From contig CAWBPM010000001.1 of assembly GCA_963790825.1 (NCBI GenBank), positions 1 through 55,514 on the forward strand: a stretch of 55,514 nucleotides of DNA. Direction: 5' to 3'. Position numbers and translations under genes: made by a program. Position 1 is the stretch's first letter; each line of letters begins with the position of its first letter. The notes beneath the pieces are model-generated. The model saw only the letters and a list, made by a program, of their open reading frames with translations, was not told where the DNA came from and searched no databases. The DNA comes from Candidatus Levyibacteriota bacterium. Lineage in GTDB: Bacteria > Patescibacteriota > Microgenomatia > Levybacterales > UBA12049. Shown piece after piece: positions 23,698-32,352 of this stretch.

Positions 23698-23970
23698 TCA
23701 TGTGTCTAATAAAATTTTGCCACTTAAGCACGTAATAATCACCCCCTTCCTCCAATATTTCTTAATCAAATCGGGCTCTAAAATAGTTTCCCCTAATTTT
23801 TCGCTCTCCGCTTTAAAAATCAATGACTCTATCCACTTAACTGTTCGATAAATCTGACTAAAAATAAAAACAGTACTGAAACTACTAAAAGGTTTTAGAA
23901 GTGGCTGGTAAATATGTTGTGAAAGTTGCCTTGTGAAAAACATAACCGTAATTAATGAAGGTAATATCAA
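23698..23970 (-). CDS. Hypothetical 90-aa ORF in an AT-rich islet (doubtful)
   Basis: Only an open frame with no recognisable motif. It lies in an otherwise non-coding AT-rich stretch. Confidence 0.2.
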   Translation of the reverse strand: MILPSLITVMFFTRQLSQHIYQPLLKPFSSFSTVFIFSQIYRTVKWIESLIFKAESEKLGETILEPDLIKKYWRKGVIITCLSGKILLDT

Positions 23971-24266
23971 TTAAAAGGTATTGGACATAGCCTGTCAATA
24001 GATTTTTAATTTTGAATAAAATCGTATAGTAATGCATATTATTGCATATAGATATGTACTTGCATTTTGTTTAAAATCAGTAGTAATATAAGAAGTGGCA
24101 GGGACTCTATGGAAAAAACGTGAGATTAAATAATCTATTCTCTGGCAGATATGACAAACTTCTGCCACCAAGGAATTTGCTTGTAAAAATAGTAAGGTAG
24201 CTTTAAAATTAAAAAGTTTTAAAGATAAATCTTTTGTTAATTATATTATTAATTTTTTATTTTTTT

Positions 24267-24557
24267 ATGGACAATTTATATACAGTAAAACAGATAGCTT
24301 TTCTTTTAAAAGTACACCCCCTTTCTGTTCGCAGGTATATCAGGGAAGGAAAATTAAAAGCGATTAAATCAGGAGGAAATGTCAGGATTACGGAATCCGA
24401 ACTGCAAGGCTTTAATAAAGAATTAATGCCGGGAGAAAAAAATAAAGCAATGTTTATGAAAAATAAATCATTAAATGTTAAAACATTCACCGTCTCGGAT
24501 CCATTTTTTCAACTCAAAGGTCGTGGAGCAACGCTGCATATTTTAAATAGTTCATAA
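24267..24557 (+). CDS. Excisionase/MerR-superfamily HTH protein, candidate antitoxin
   Basis: YTVKQIAFLLKVHPLSVRRYIREGKLKAIKSGGNVRITESEL. ATG at 24267 is preferred over the track start. A candidate promoter TTGTAA-N17-TAAAAT lies about 60-90 nt upstream. The next gene starts 31 nt downstream. Confidence 0.7.
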   Translation: MDNLYTVKQIAFLLKVHPLSVRRYIREGKLKAIKSGGNVRITESELQGFNKELMPGEKNKAMFMKNKSLNVKTFTVSDPFFQLKGRGATLHILNSS

Positions 24558-24588
24558 TACTAAATAATATATCAATATATAAAACAGT

Positions 24589-25011
24589 ATGGCATTGAGT
24601 AAGAAAGTTTTTATAGCACCGGATGTCTTTACGGCTTTTATTGATCGGGTGCATCCTAAATATGAAGAATCGCTTCACTACTTCAATTTCTTCGCTGAGC
24701 AGGAATATCAGCTTTTCACCGATATACAAACACTGATTACCGTATATAACCAAATAGTTAAAGATATCAGTCCTTCTCTGGCAAAAGATTTTCTCAAGAC
24801 AATCACAATGAGTAATATTAATCTGCTGTACGCCGATGGGAATGATATGAAAGCCGCTTTTAAAACCCTTCTTGCATATCAAACGACTGAACTGACGTTT
24901 AATGAAGCAATTATGGCAGTTCTGGCTACTAGGCGTTCTATTCCTCAAGTTTGTACATTTTCTTATTTACGTCCACTTTTCGGATTGACTATCTTCTACT
25001 TACCGGTATAA
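24589..25011 (+). CDS. PIN-domain-like protein, candidate VapC-type toxin (possibly degenerate)
   Basis: N-terminal VFIAPDVFTAFID and C-terminal LTFNEAIMAVLATRRSIPQVCTFS resemble the first and last PIN motifs, but the final TFD Asp is replaced by Ser. Size is 140 aa. Confidence 0.45.
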   Translation: MALSKKVFIAPDVFTAFIDRVHPKYEESLHYFNFFAEQEYQLFTDIQTLITVYNQIVKDISPSLAKDFLKTITMSNINLLYADGNDMKAAFKTLLAYQTTELTFNEAIMAVLATRRSIPQVCTFSYLRPLFGLTIFYLPV

Positions 25012-25039
25012 TTGAGGATTTACCTTGAAAATGGAGCGT

Positions 25040-25057
25040 AAAAAGGGGATACTCCCC
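25040..25057 (-). terminator. Rho-independent terminator-like hairpin (GGGGA-GTA-TCCCC followed by TTTTT on the minus strand)
   Basis: The plus strand reads AAAAAGGGGATACTCCCC. The U-tract exists only for minus-strand transcription. The site is about 625 nt downstream of the tagA-like gene. Confidence 0.45.
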
Positions 25058-25681
25058 AGCAGAGCCACGCAGGGTAGTTCATTAAGAGAAGCGAGACCAA
25101 GGTAAATGTTTTATCTATACATCTATTGATTGATTATACGAAGAATTTGATCTAGCACAAAACCCTTTCTATGCTACAGATGAAACATAACTAAACTAGA
25201 ATTTATCCATTATATCCACATTATTATATAAACCCAAACTACAGGATGATATCAGAATACAAATTAATGTATCAATTTTATTATAAGTTTTATCGTAATG
25301 TGGACAAGGTTGTGGAAAAGAATTAAAAGAAATTAAGAGGATATTATGGAAAATTATTGATTGAGGTGAATAACTAGAAAAAGTTGTTTCTTTATATGAC
25401 ATGTAGAGTGAATTACCCGAATCCTTTTGTGATCCGAAGATCACTTTCCCACTTTCTGTTTGTAGTAGATACCCGAGAATTAAATTTTGCAGAAGTTCTC
25501 ATTTTTCTTCATCTTTACTTCATAATTCAATAATATTTCTAAATGTAATTTTCTTGTTGAAAAAGGTTTCGGGTAGAAAAATGCCTTATGATTTGTTGTC
25601 GAGTGTCTTGAATAAAGTCTTCCCGCAACTAATTCAGATTTTCTCTTTGTCAAGAATTCTAGAATAGGAGATTTGCTTTGT

Positions 25682-26500
25682 CTATTTATTTTTATAAAGA
25701 GAAAATCTTTCTAGTAATACTAAATACCCAAACTTAAATAGCGCCAATTGCCTTCTCCACCGCCAGGGCTCATGGATTAAGCGGTATAGCCATTCTAGTC
25801 CTAGTCTGCGAATTGGCTTTGGCGCTCGATTAACATTTCCGCTAATGTAGTCAAATGCTCCTCCTACCCCCATGGCAATTCTTACTGGAATTGTCGATAG
25901 ATGCTTTGCTATCCAATCTTCTTGTTTGGGAAAACCAAAAGCAATAAAAAGTATATCAATCTCGATCATTTCATTCCCCGATAATTCCCGATTCTCCGCT
26001 GTGGGCATTTTTATTCCCGAACCAGATGGGTCATTTTTAGCCTGATCTTCCTCTTTCCACTCATTCTGGGCATAGCTGACCCCAAGACCCGGATACCTAC
26101 TGTTCAAGCGCTTAGCCACTCGCTCTGCTATACCAGCCTTACCACCTAAAAAGCCTATGTTTACAACCTTTCTTGCATTTTTCCTATTCACTTCCGCAGC
26201 CATTTGGCAGATACGCTCCATTAGGTCAACCCCTATAATCCGCTTCTGAAATGGACTTCCAAGTAGCCATCCTGCCACCATTACACCTATGCCATCGGGA
26301 ATTGCAATTCGTGCCCGATTGAGAACCTCCCGATAGGTTTTGTGTCTAGACGCATAGACAAGAATCTCAGGGTTAGGTGTAACAATATAATATTTTTCGT
26401 GTGTATCAGCTAAACTTTCTTTAATATACTCTAAGATTTCATATGCAGGGTTGTTTGTTATAGCTACATCTAATATTGATTGTTTTCTCAGTTGTATCAT
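25682..26500 (-). CDS. WecB/TagA/CpsF-family glycosyltransferase
   Basis: PDGIGVMVA, FLGGKAGIAE, FGFPKQEDWI and MGVGGAFDYISGNVNRAP...GLEWLYRLIHEPWRWRR are family hallmarks. Confidence 0.9.
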   Translation of the reverse strand: MIQLRKQSILDVAITNNPAYEILEYIKESLADTHEKYYIVTPNPEILVYASRHKTYREVLNRARIAIPDGIGVMVAGWLLGSPFQKRIIGVDLMERICQMAAEVNRKNARKVVNIGFLGGKAGIAERVAKRLNSRYPGLGVSYAQNEWKEEDQAKNDPSGSGIKMPTAENRELSGNEMIEIDILFIAFGFPKQEDWIAKHLSTIPVRIAMGVGGAFDYISGNVNRAPKPIRRLGLEWLYRLIHEPWRWRRQLALFKFGYLVLLERFSLYKNK

Positions 26501-26761
26501 ATATTCATATAGGTTTATATTTCTTCAAGGCAAATGTGTCAAATGATGTTTTATGAGTATAAACAATACTCTATTTTACTGCCTGTTAAAATAAAAACTT
26601 AAAGTTAATTGCTAAAAATATCTTCTTTTCAATTATATAAATACTATATTAATTATTATTATGAAATCTTATTGTGAAAAAATAAATTAATAATTATTAC
26701 CATTCTAAGATTATCCTACTATAAGATATCTCGAAAAACTTTGTAGGCATAGGCCTTCGTT

Positions 26762-27808
26762 TTACTTCCTGGCAATACTTCTTTTATATAATTCTATATT
26801 CTCAATTGCTACGCCTGTACCTCTCACTACGCACAAAAGAGCATCATCCGCAACATGACATGGGACACCGGTTACTTGACTCATTAGCTTGTCAAAATTC
26901 TTAAGAAGAGAGGTTCCTCCGCTGAGAACAATACCTTTATCGATAATGTCACTCGCCAGTTCAGGCGGACATTGCTCAAGCACTTCTTTGGCTCCTTGAA
27001 TAATATCAAGAAGTATAGGCATGATCGCTTCTTTTACTTGTGCTTCTGTTATCTCAATGCTCCGTGGAAGCCCGGTAATATTATCCCGTCCTCGAATTTC
27101 CATTTTTCTAAGTTCACTTTCTTTGGCATGCGGATCAAGATAAGCATTTGCCAGAGAAATTTTTATTTGTTCTGCCGTTGTGTCACCGACGAGTAAATTA
27201 AATTTTCTCCTGACGAAGTTCGCAATTGCCTCATCAATCTTGTTTCCTGCAACTCGAACAGAGCTATGAACGACTACTCCGCCCAGGGAAATAACCGCTG
27301 ATTCAGTTGATCCTCCTCCGGTGTTGACAATCATGTGTCCGGCAGCTTGGGCAATCGGTATTTTTGCACCAATCGCAGCAGCAAGGGGTTCGTCAATAAG
27401 ATAAGCAACCTTTGCGCCCGCTGCCATAGTTGCATCTAAAACCGCTCTTCTTTCAACCTGAGTAACACCCGAGGGAATACAAACCATAACCTCAGGTTTA
27501 AGAAATCGCCTGTTCCCGCAAGCCTTATCGATAAAGTACGAAAGCATTGCCTCAGTAATCGTATAATCTGCAATAACCCCATCCCTCAGAGGCCGAAGCG
27601 CGATAACATTACCCGGAGTTCTTCCTAGCATTTCTTTTGCTTGTTTTCCGACTGCGACCACCCGATTCTCTTCAGCAGTTACCGCCACAACCGTAGGCTC
27701 ATTAAGCACAATTCCTTCCCCCGCAAGATAAACTAATGTGTTAGCGGTACCCAGGTCAATACCAATTCGTTTCGATGTGGGAATAGTAAAAAGGTTCGCA
27801 ATATCCAT
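26762..27808 (-). CDS. mreB: Rod-shape-determining protein MreB
   Basis: IGIDLGTANTLVY, actin-fold phosphate and adenosine motifs, and full-length similarity to MreB. Confidence 0.95.
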   Translation of the reverse strand: MDIANLFTIPTSKRIGIDLGTANTLVYLAGEGIVLNEPTVVAVTAEENRVVAVGKQAKEMLGRTPGNVIALRPLRDGVIADYTITEAMLSYFIDKACGNRRFLKPEVMVCIPSGVTQVERRAVLDATMAAGAKVAYLIDEPLAAAIGAKIPIAQAAGHMIVNTGGGSTESAVISLGGVVVHSSVRVAGNKIDEAIANFVRRKFNLLVGDTTAEQIKISLANAYLDPHAKESELRKMEIRGRDNITGLPRSIEITEAQVKEAIMPILLDIIQGAKEVLEQCPPELASDIIDKGIVLSGGTSLLKNFDKLMSQVTGVPCHVADDALLCVVRGTGVAIENIELYKRSIARK

Positions 27809-27814
27809 ATATGG

Positions 27815-27823
27815 TCTATATCA
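27815..27823 (-). promoter_or_regulatory. Extended -10 element TGATATAGA 6 nt upstream of the mreB ATG (possible leaderless transcript)
   Basis: The reverse strand reads TTGATATAGA-CCATAT-ATG. Confidence 0.4.
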
Positions 27824-27952
27824 AAATATATCCTATATATATCAAAACTTGGGATAGGCGTATAAATTTGATTATATCCATGGTCTTGATGGCTTGCAAG
27901 GGTTATTTTCCGCAGCTATAATACAAAGAAAGTAGAGATTAAAACATAATAT

Positions 27953-29209
27953 ATGCGCTCTTTAGCAAAATTTGACCGTTCAGCTGTAAAGCAAATTCTG
28001 ATTTCTCTTTCAATTTTATTATTCCTTATTGGCTGTACGGCTCTGGTTATTCTCTACGGTAAAGGTTATCGCGTTGGTTTTTTGAAAGGTCAACCGAATG
28101 TTGCCAAAACCGGCATTTTAAATGCATCAAGCCTTCCGACCGGCGCCGATGTTTCAGTGAGTGGACATCTGACTACTGCAACAAATAACACTGTCAATTT
28201 ATTACCTGGTCAATATACGGTTCGAATCACCAAAGATGGCTATTCACCCTGGGAAAAAAATGTGATCATTCGAGAGCAGATTGTAACCAATGCGGATGCG
28301 ACACTTTTTCTTTCAGCTCCAACATTACAAAACATATCGGCAATCGGTGTCTTAAATCCCATCCTTGATCCAACAGGCACCAAACTTGCATTTACTATTG
28401 CTTCGGAGTCTGCAAAGCGTAATGGGATTTATGTCCTCGACATGACAGCCAGAACATTTCCGGTTTTACCGCTTCAGAGCTCTTCTATTCAAATTGCCGA
28501 TGACAGCGTAGATACGTTCTCAACCGCAAATCTGTCCTGGTCACCAGACAGCCAACAAATCCTCGCGAGTGTCTCGGGCAGCCTGGAAAGTCCTACAGAT
28601 TATCTTTTAAGTGCTAATCAATTAAATTCTTCTCCTCAAGATATCACGGCAATTCTACAAACTACTTTAGACACCTGGAATAGTCAAAAAGCGGATAATG
28701 ACCGCGTTCGCTTGCAGACATTAAGTGCAAATGTTAAAAATATGATTACTCACAATTTCCAGATTTTATCCTGGTCACCCGATGATAAAAAAATTCTTTA
28801 CGTCGCATCCAGTTCTGCAAATTTGCCTATCATTATCACTCCGCGCCGAATTGGTAATAATCCTCTCTACGAAAGGCGGGATATTAAGAAAGACGCAGTT
28901 TATGTGTATGACTTGGTTGAAGATGTAAATACGAAAATTATTGACACAACGCCACCGCTTTGCGCAGAGGACAGTGCGAGCTGCAGTCAGACACTGCAAT
29001 GGTATCCCGATTCGGCACATCTGATTTATGTGCATGATCATAAAATCGATATTGTTGAAACGGACGGATCAAATACTACCACCGTATACGCCGGTCCATT
29101 CGATGAGCATTATGTTTATCCTTGGCCGGATGGAACAAAAATAGTTATCTTAACCAACCTCGGCAATACTGAGATAGCTCCAACACTATACACAATTGGC
29201 ATCAGATAG
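27953..29209 (+). CDS. Membrane-anchored PEGA-domain plus TolB-like beta-propeller protein
   Basis: N-terminal TM helix. PEGA-like LPTGADVSVSG...LLPGQYTVRITKDGYSPWEKNV. Repeated SWSPDSQQIL, SWSPDDKKILY and QWYPDSAHLIY motifs. Confidence 0.8.
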   Translation: MRSLAKFDRSAVKQILISLSILLFLIGCTALVILYGKGYRVGFLKGQPNVAKTGILNASSLPTGADVSVSGHLTTATNNTVNLLPGQYTVRITKDGYSPWEKNVIIREQIVTNADATLFLSAPTLQNISAIGVLNPILDPTGTKLAFTIASESAKRNGIYVLDMTARTFPVLPLQSSSIQIADDSVDTFSTANLSWSPDSQQILASVSGSLESPTDYLLSANQLNSSPQDITAILQTTLDTWNSQKADNDRVRLQTLSANVKNMITHNFQILSWSPDDKKILYVASSSANLPIIITPRRIGNNPLYERRDIKKDAVYVYDLVEDVNTKIIDTTPPLCAEDSASCSQTLQWYPDSAHLIYVHDHKIDIVETDGSNTTTVYAGPFDEHYVYPWPDGTKIVILTNLGNTEIAPTLYTIGIR

Positions 29210-29259
29210 AAAAAATGTAATGAGTGGCCTACGCCAAATTGCAACTTTAAGAAGGCTTC

Positions 29260-29964
29260 TTAGGTTTGACTTTTGGGGAGTGCTATAACGAAAAGCCTTT
29301 TCCAAGTTGTTCCTGGCGGCCAGCAGGTTTGAAGAATCAGTTTCTGTTCAGATCCATGGCTATTAACCAAATATGATACGTCTGACGCGTCACCAATTTC
29401 GCTACTGCTAACAACATAATTATAGCGTAGGTTTTGATAAAACAGAACAATATCATCTCCTGCTTTGAGATCTTTTAATAAATAAAATACAGCGTTGTAG
29501 CGGCCGACATTCCACCAATTATCTGTAGAATGGGCAAAGAGATAGATATCGCCAGTCATGCCCGGAAGTACCGTTCCTTTGGCGTGTGCTACGCCTTGCT
29601 GAAGCACGGGAAGAAAGATATTTGGGTTGTTCGGATCAATATTCGGGAAAATCTTTGCGCTGGCGCCGATTTTAGGAATAACAATACTAAACTCCGGATC
29701 TTTTGGAATTAAGATTTGTTCCTTCTCTCCTCCAAGCAGTAGTCCAAATCCCGAAGATGAGGACTTACTCACTGGTGATTTGGCACTTTTTGGTTGTACG
29801 TTTTGGACAATAAAATGGACTCCGCGGGCTTGATCTATCCGGTATGTGAGCTCAGCAATTAATGCGGGACCGAATGTAACCGCTACGCCATACAAACTGA
29901 GAAGTATAAGGAAATTGCCCAGTGTGCGAAGAAAAAGAAATGAAAAGACTTCAGACCGATTCAT
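29260..29964 (-). CDS. Sortase-family transpeptidase
   Basis: N-terminal TM helix, His motif YLFAHST, catalytic LILQTCWPPG (TLxTC) and downstream Arg (KRLFV). Start set at ATG 29964 because the longer track ORF (to 30021) runs into the tRNA-Arg gene. Confidence 0.85.
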   Translation of the reverse strand: MNRSEVFSFLFLRTLGNFLILLSLYGVAVTFGPALIAELTYRIDQARGVHFIVQNVQPKSAKSPVSKSSSSGFGLLLGGEKEQILIPKDPEFSIVIPKIGASAKIFPNIDPNNPNIFLPVLQQGVAHAKGTVLPGMTGDIYLFAHSTDNWWNVGRYNAVFYLLKDLKAGDDIVLFYQNLRYNYVVSSSEIGDASDVSYLVNSHGSEQKLILQTCWPPGTTWKRLFVIALPKSQT

Positions 29965-29989
29965 AGTAAGTAGCAAGATAATTATTCTG

Positions 29990-30061
29990 TACCATCGAGA
30001 GGAATCGAACCTCCATCTCACCCTTAGGACGGGTTTGCTCTATCCATTGAGCTACGACGGC
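29990..30061 (-). tRNA. tRNA-Arg (anticodon CCU), no encoded CCA
   Basis: Hand-folded cloverleaf: acceptor GCCGTCG/CGATGGT, D-arm GCTC-AATGGATA-GAGC, anticodon loop GUCCUAA, T-arm GGAGG-TTCGATT-CCTCT. Confidence 0.85.
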
Positions 30062-30212
30062 ATATGTAAAGTTGAGTCTGCAAGATAAAAAACACATAAA
30101 CATATTCTGACCTGTTTTAAATATCCATCAAGTCATTAATATGTCTAGTAATAGATAGATATATTAAGTAATATCTCTTATTATATCAACTTTAATTTTA
30201 GCTTCTGGTTGT

Positions 30213-30221
30213 ATTCTAGCA
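30213..30221 (-). promoter_or_regulatory. Extended -10 element TGCTAGAAT about 150 nt upstream of tRNA-Arg
   Basis: The reverse strand reads TGTGCTAGAATAC. The identical 9-mer occurs upstream of the M16 peptidase gene. Confidence 0.35.
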
Positions 30222-30250
30222 CAGAAGGACGTAAAATAGGAATGCGTTAA

Positions 30251-30322
30251 CGGGGTGTAGCGAATCGGTATCGCGCTGCTTTCGGGTAGCAGAGACAGGA
30301 GGTTCAATTCCTCTCACCCCGA
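30251..30322 (+). tRNA. tRNA-Pro (anticodon CGG), no encoded CCA
   Basis: Hand-folded cloverleaf: perfect acceptor CGGGGTG/CACCCCG, D-arm GCGA/TCGC, anticodon stem CTGCT/AGCAG with loop TTCGGGT, T-arm GGAGG-TTCAATT-CCTCT. Confidence 0.9.
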
Positions 30323-30327
30323 CACTT

Positions 30328-31104
30328 CTACTCCATATCCCTAATCGTCCAGAAGTCGGAAGCCAGTTTGCTAATAGTCAAGTATTCATAAGGCATTAAG
30401 CAATATCCCTTGATGCCCCACGAAGTTCCCCAGCTGTTACGGATGAGAAATTGCTCTTTGCTGTCATCGTAGCCTACGACCATTACTGCGTGACCGCCAA
30501 GTAATCGTTCATTCTTTTCCGGAAATGGAACAATACCGGTTTTTGCTACTTGCGAAGATTCAAAACTTTCATAAACGGAAAATCCGAAGACAAAAGGAAA
30601 ACCCAAAGAAAGCGTATGTTTCATCTCGGAAATATTTACTAGTCGGTAATAGGAGGTAATTTGATAATTGAGCGCATCGGTATATGCTTTAGCTGGTGGT
30701 TCTTGCGTAAACTCATCAATAAAATACGGCCATTCTACTTCCGGACAGACACCGAGCTTCACGAGCGTTTTAATCCCGTCTCTAAGCATCGCACCGCTGT
30801 CTGTATTTGTAGTATGCTCAATTACTCGCTCGTTGTAGTAAATAAATAAACGGCTGAAGTCAAAGACTTTTTTCAAGGCTTGCTTCTTCAAATAGTCAAG
30901 GTTACCGGCTAAGGCATTGGCAGTGCAGCTGCCAAGCTGTCCCTGATTTTGGATTGGCGAATCATTTGGACGAAGGTCAACACGAGACAGGAGTTTCTCC
31001 AGAGCAACCATTTTATATTTGCTGTAAAGTTTATCCCTGTGATCCGGAAGATCAGGAATCCAGCCGTAAATCGGACGCCGTGCAGTCAAAGTGTAAATAG
31101 ACAT
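30328..31104 (-). CDS. Papain-family (C1) cysteine peptidase without a signal peptide
   Basis: QGQLGSCTANA (catalytic Cys), GGHAVMVVGYDD (His) and IRNSWGTSWG (Asn-Ser-Trp) in canonical order. Confidence 0.85.
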   Translation of the reverse strand: MSIYTLTARRPIYGWIPDLPDHRDKLYSKYKMVALEKLLSRVDLRPNDSPIQNQGQLGSCTANALAGNLDYLKKQALKKVFDFSRLFIYYNERVIEHTTNTDSGAMLRDGIKTLVKLGVCPEVEWPYFIDEFTQEPPAKAYTDALNYQITSYYRLVNISEMKHTLSLGFPFVFGFSVYESFESSQVAKTGIVPFPEKNERLLGGHAVMVVGYDDSKEQFLIRNSWGTSWGIKGYCLMPYEYLTISKLASDFWTIRDME

Positions 31105-31289
31105 AGCCCTACTATAAAAAGGTTATGCAATTTTTGCAAGAGGATAAAACTTAGAAGAAGAACTATTTCGCTTCCTTCTTAACCTTAGAATTCAAAAAAT
31201 GATTGGGTAATATAATGGTATGATATATTAATGCAATTAAAGAAAACCACCTCATAAATATGCAAAATTATTGTAGAAACTAGCAACTA

Positions 31290-31589
31290 TTACCCTAAGA
31301 TATTGCCTTTTAGATCGGTGTAATGCCACGATACTGCGTTTGTATATGTATTTTCGCACTGCCCACAGCCACATATCTTAGCTTTTACTGCAACTTTACC
31401 AATATCTTTACGAGCTTTTTCTGCTAAGACATCCAGAGCCTGTTGGTATACAAAAATTTCCGTAGGGAAAATTGTTGTACGTGGTCTTTTCTCAGAATCA
31501 GCCAGCCCAACATTCACTTCTCTGTTTACCCCTTGGAACAAAGTGTCAACCGGACTGACATTTTCTAAACGCTCATTCATTATCATCAA
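31290..31589 (-). CDS. Hypothetical small protein
   Basis: Open frame with a CGCGQC motif and no recognised family. It sits between a terminator and the peptidase gene. Confidence 0.45.
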   Translation of the reverse strand: MMIMNERLENVSPVDTLFQGVNREVNVGLADSEKRPRTTIFPTEIFVYQQALDVLAEKARKDIGKVAVKAKICGCGQCENTYTNAVSWHYTDLKGNILG

Positions 31590-31619
31590 CTCCTTTCTGC
31601 ACTTCTATAAATTTAATAC

Positions 31620-31643
31620 AAAAAATCTCCCTTTTGGGGAGAC
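31620..31643 (-). terminator. Rho-independent terminator downstream of ndk
   Basis: The minus strand reads GTCTCCCC-AAAA-GGGAGA followed by TTTTTT. Confidence 0.7.
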
Positions 31644-31778
31644 TTGTTATAGCTGTTTACTACAAATCTCCCATCACTGCATCTGAATAGTGAAAAGAGA
31701 GATTTGAAACTTACAAACTGCTAAATTAGACATATCGTGAGTATAGTATTGTTCAACTTAATTTGTCAAGAGAAACAA

Positions 31779-32351
31779 TCAGACGTGCTCTTCGGCGCGT
31801 TTATAGGAAAAGATTTCTTCCGGGCTAAACCAAAGCGTTTTTTCAAAATTCGCTTCTTCGATACTGCCTGAAATATGGATTAAATTGGAAACTCCACGCT
31901 TTTCTGCATTCGCATACGCTGCTGAATCAGTGGAATAATCACCTCGAATAGTTCCCGGAGCAGCATTCACCGGCATTGTGGGACCTGCTAGGGCAAGGAC
32001 ATTGTCAACCGCGTGCCGTCCCTCAATAAGCATAGCAACCACTGGTCCTGACTGTACATAATCTAAAAGCCATTTAACTACCATTTTCCCCAAAACCATC
32101 GGGTCATCGCTGCCGAGATCCTTTTTCGCGTCTTTTCCGTATTTAGTGTAGGTTGCTAACGTTTTAGTTCCCAAGCGCTCAATAGTGGAAACTTTGTTGG
32201 TTCCGTAGTGTTTATGAAAATGGTCTTCTTTAGGCTTAAGCATTTTCATTGCCACAATCTTAAGTCCCATGCGCTCAAAACGATGAGTAATTTCCCCAAC
32301 TAATCCTCGCTTGACTCCATCCGGTTTAACAAAAACAACTGTCTGTTCCAT
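31779..32351 (-). CDS. ndk: Nucleoside diphosphate kinase with a ~40-aa internal insertion
   Basis: TVVFVKPDGVKRGLVGEI...RFERMGLKIVAMKM, GPVVAMLIEG and NLIHISGS (catalytic His). It is 190 aa versus the usual ~140-150. Confidence 0.85.
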   Translation of the reverse strand: MEQTVVFVKPDGVKRGLVGEITHRFERMGLKIVAMKMLKPKEDHFHKHYGTNKVSTIERLGTKTLATYTKYGKDAKKDLGSDDPMVLGKMVVKWLLDYVQSGPVVAMLIEGRHAVDNVLALAGPTMPVNAAPGTIRGDYSTDSAAYANAEKRGVSNLIHISGSIEEANFEKTLWFSPEEIFSYKRAEEHV

Positions 32352-32352
32352 A

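Noticed and set aside
24514-24948. 144-aa minus-strand ORF overlapping the PIN-like gene
   Set aside because: The product is Cys/Arg/Ile-rich and looks random. The plus-strand frame has PIN-like end motifs and forms a compact pair with the upstream HTH gene.
25203-25220. Two adjacent DnaA-box-like words (TTATCCAT, TATCCACA) suggesting a replication origin
   Set aside because: There are only two imperfect boxes, no dnaA or dnaN nearby, and no AT-rich unwinding repeats recognised. This is easily explained by chance in AT-rich DNA.
25196-25444. 82-aa ORF in the spacer between the PIN gene and the tagA-like gene
   Set aside because: It has no start context or motif, and its composition is that of translated AT-rich spacer. 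It is kept only as a note under the orphan-terminator finding.
29965-30021. Longer N-terminal extension of the sortase ORF (and similar track extensions at 7111..7152, 4157..4189, 2570..2632, 33628..33663 and 22234..22269)
   Set aside because: The extensions overlap a tRNA gene, the preceding gene or a promoter box. Some begin at non-ATG codons. Internal ATGs give canonical N-termini (signal peptides, TM anchors or conserved starts).
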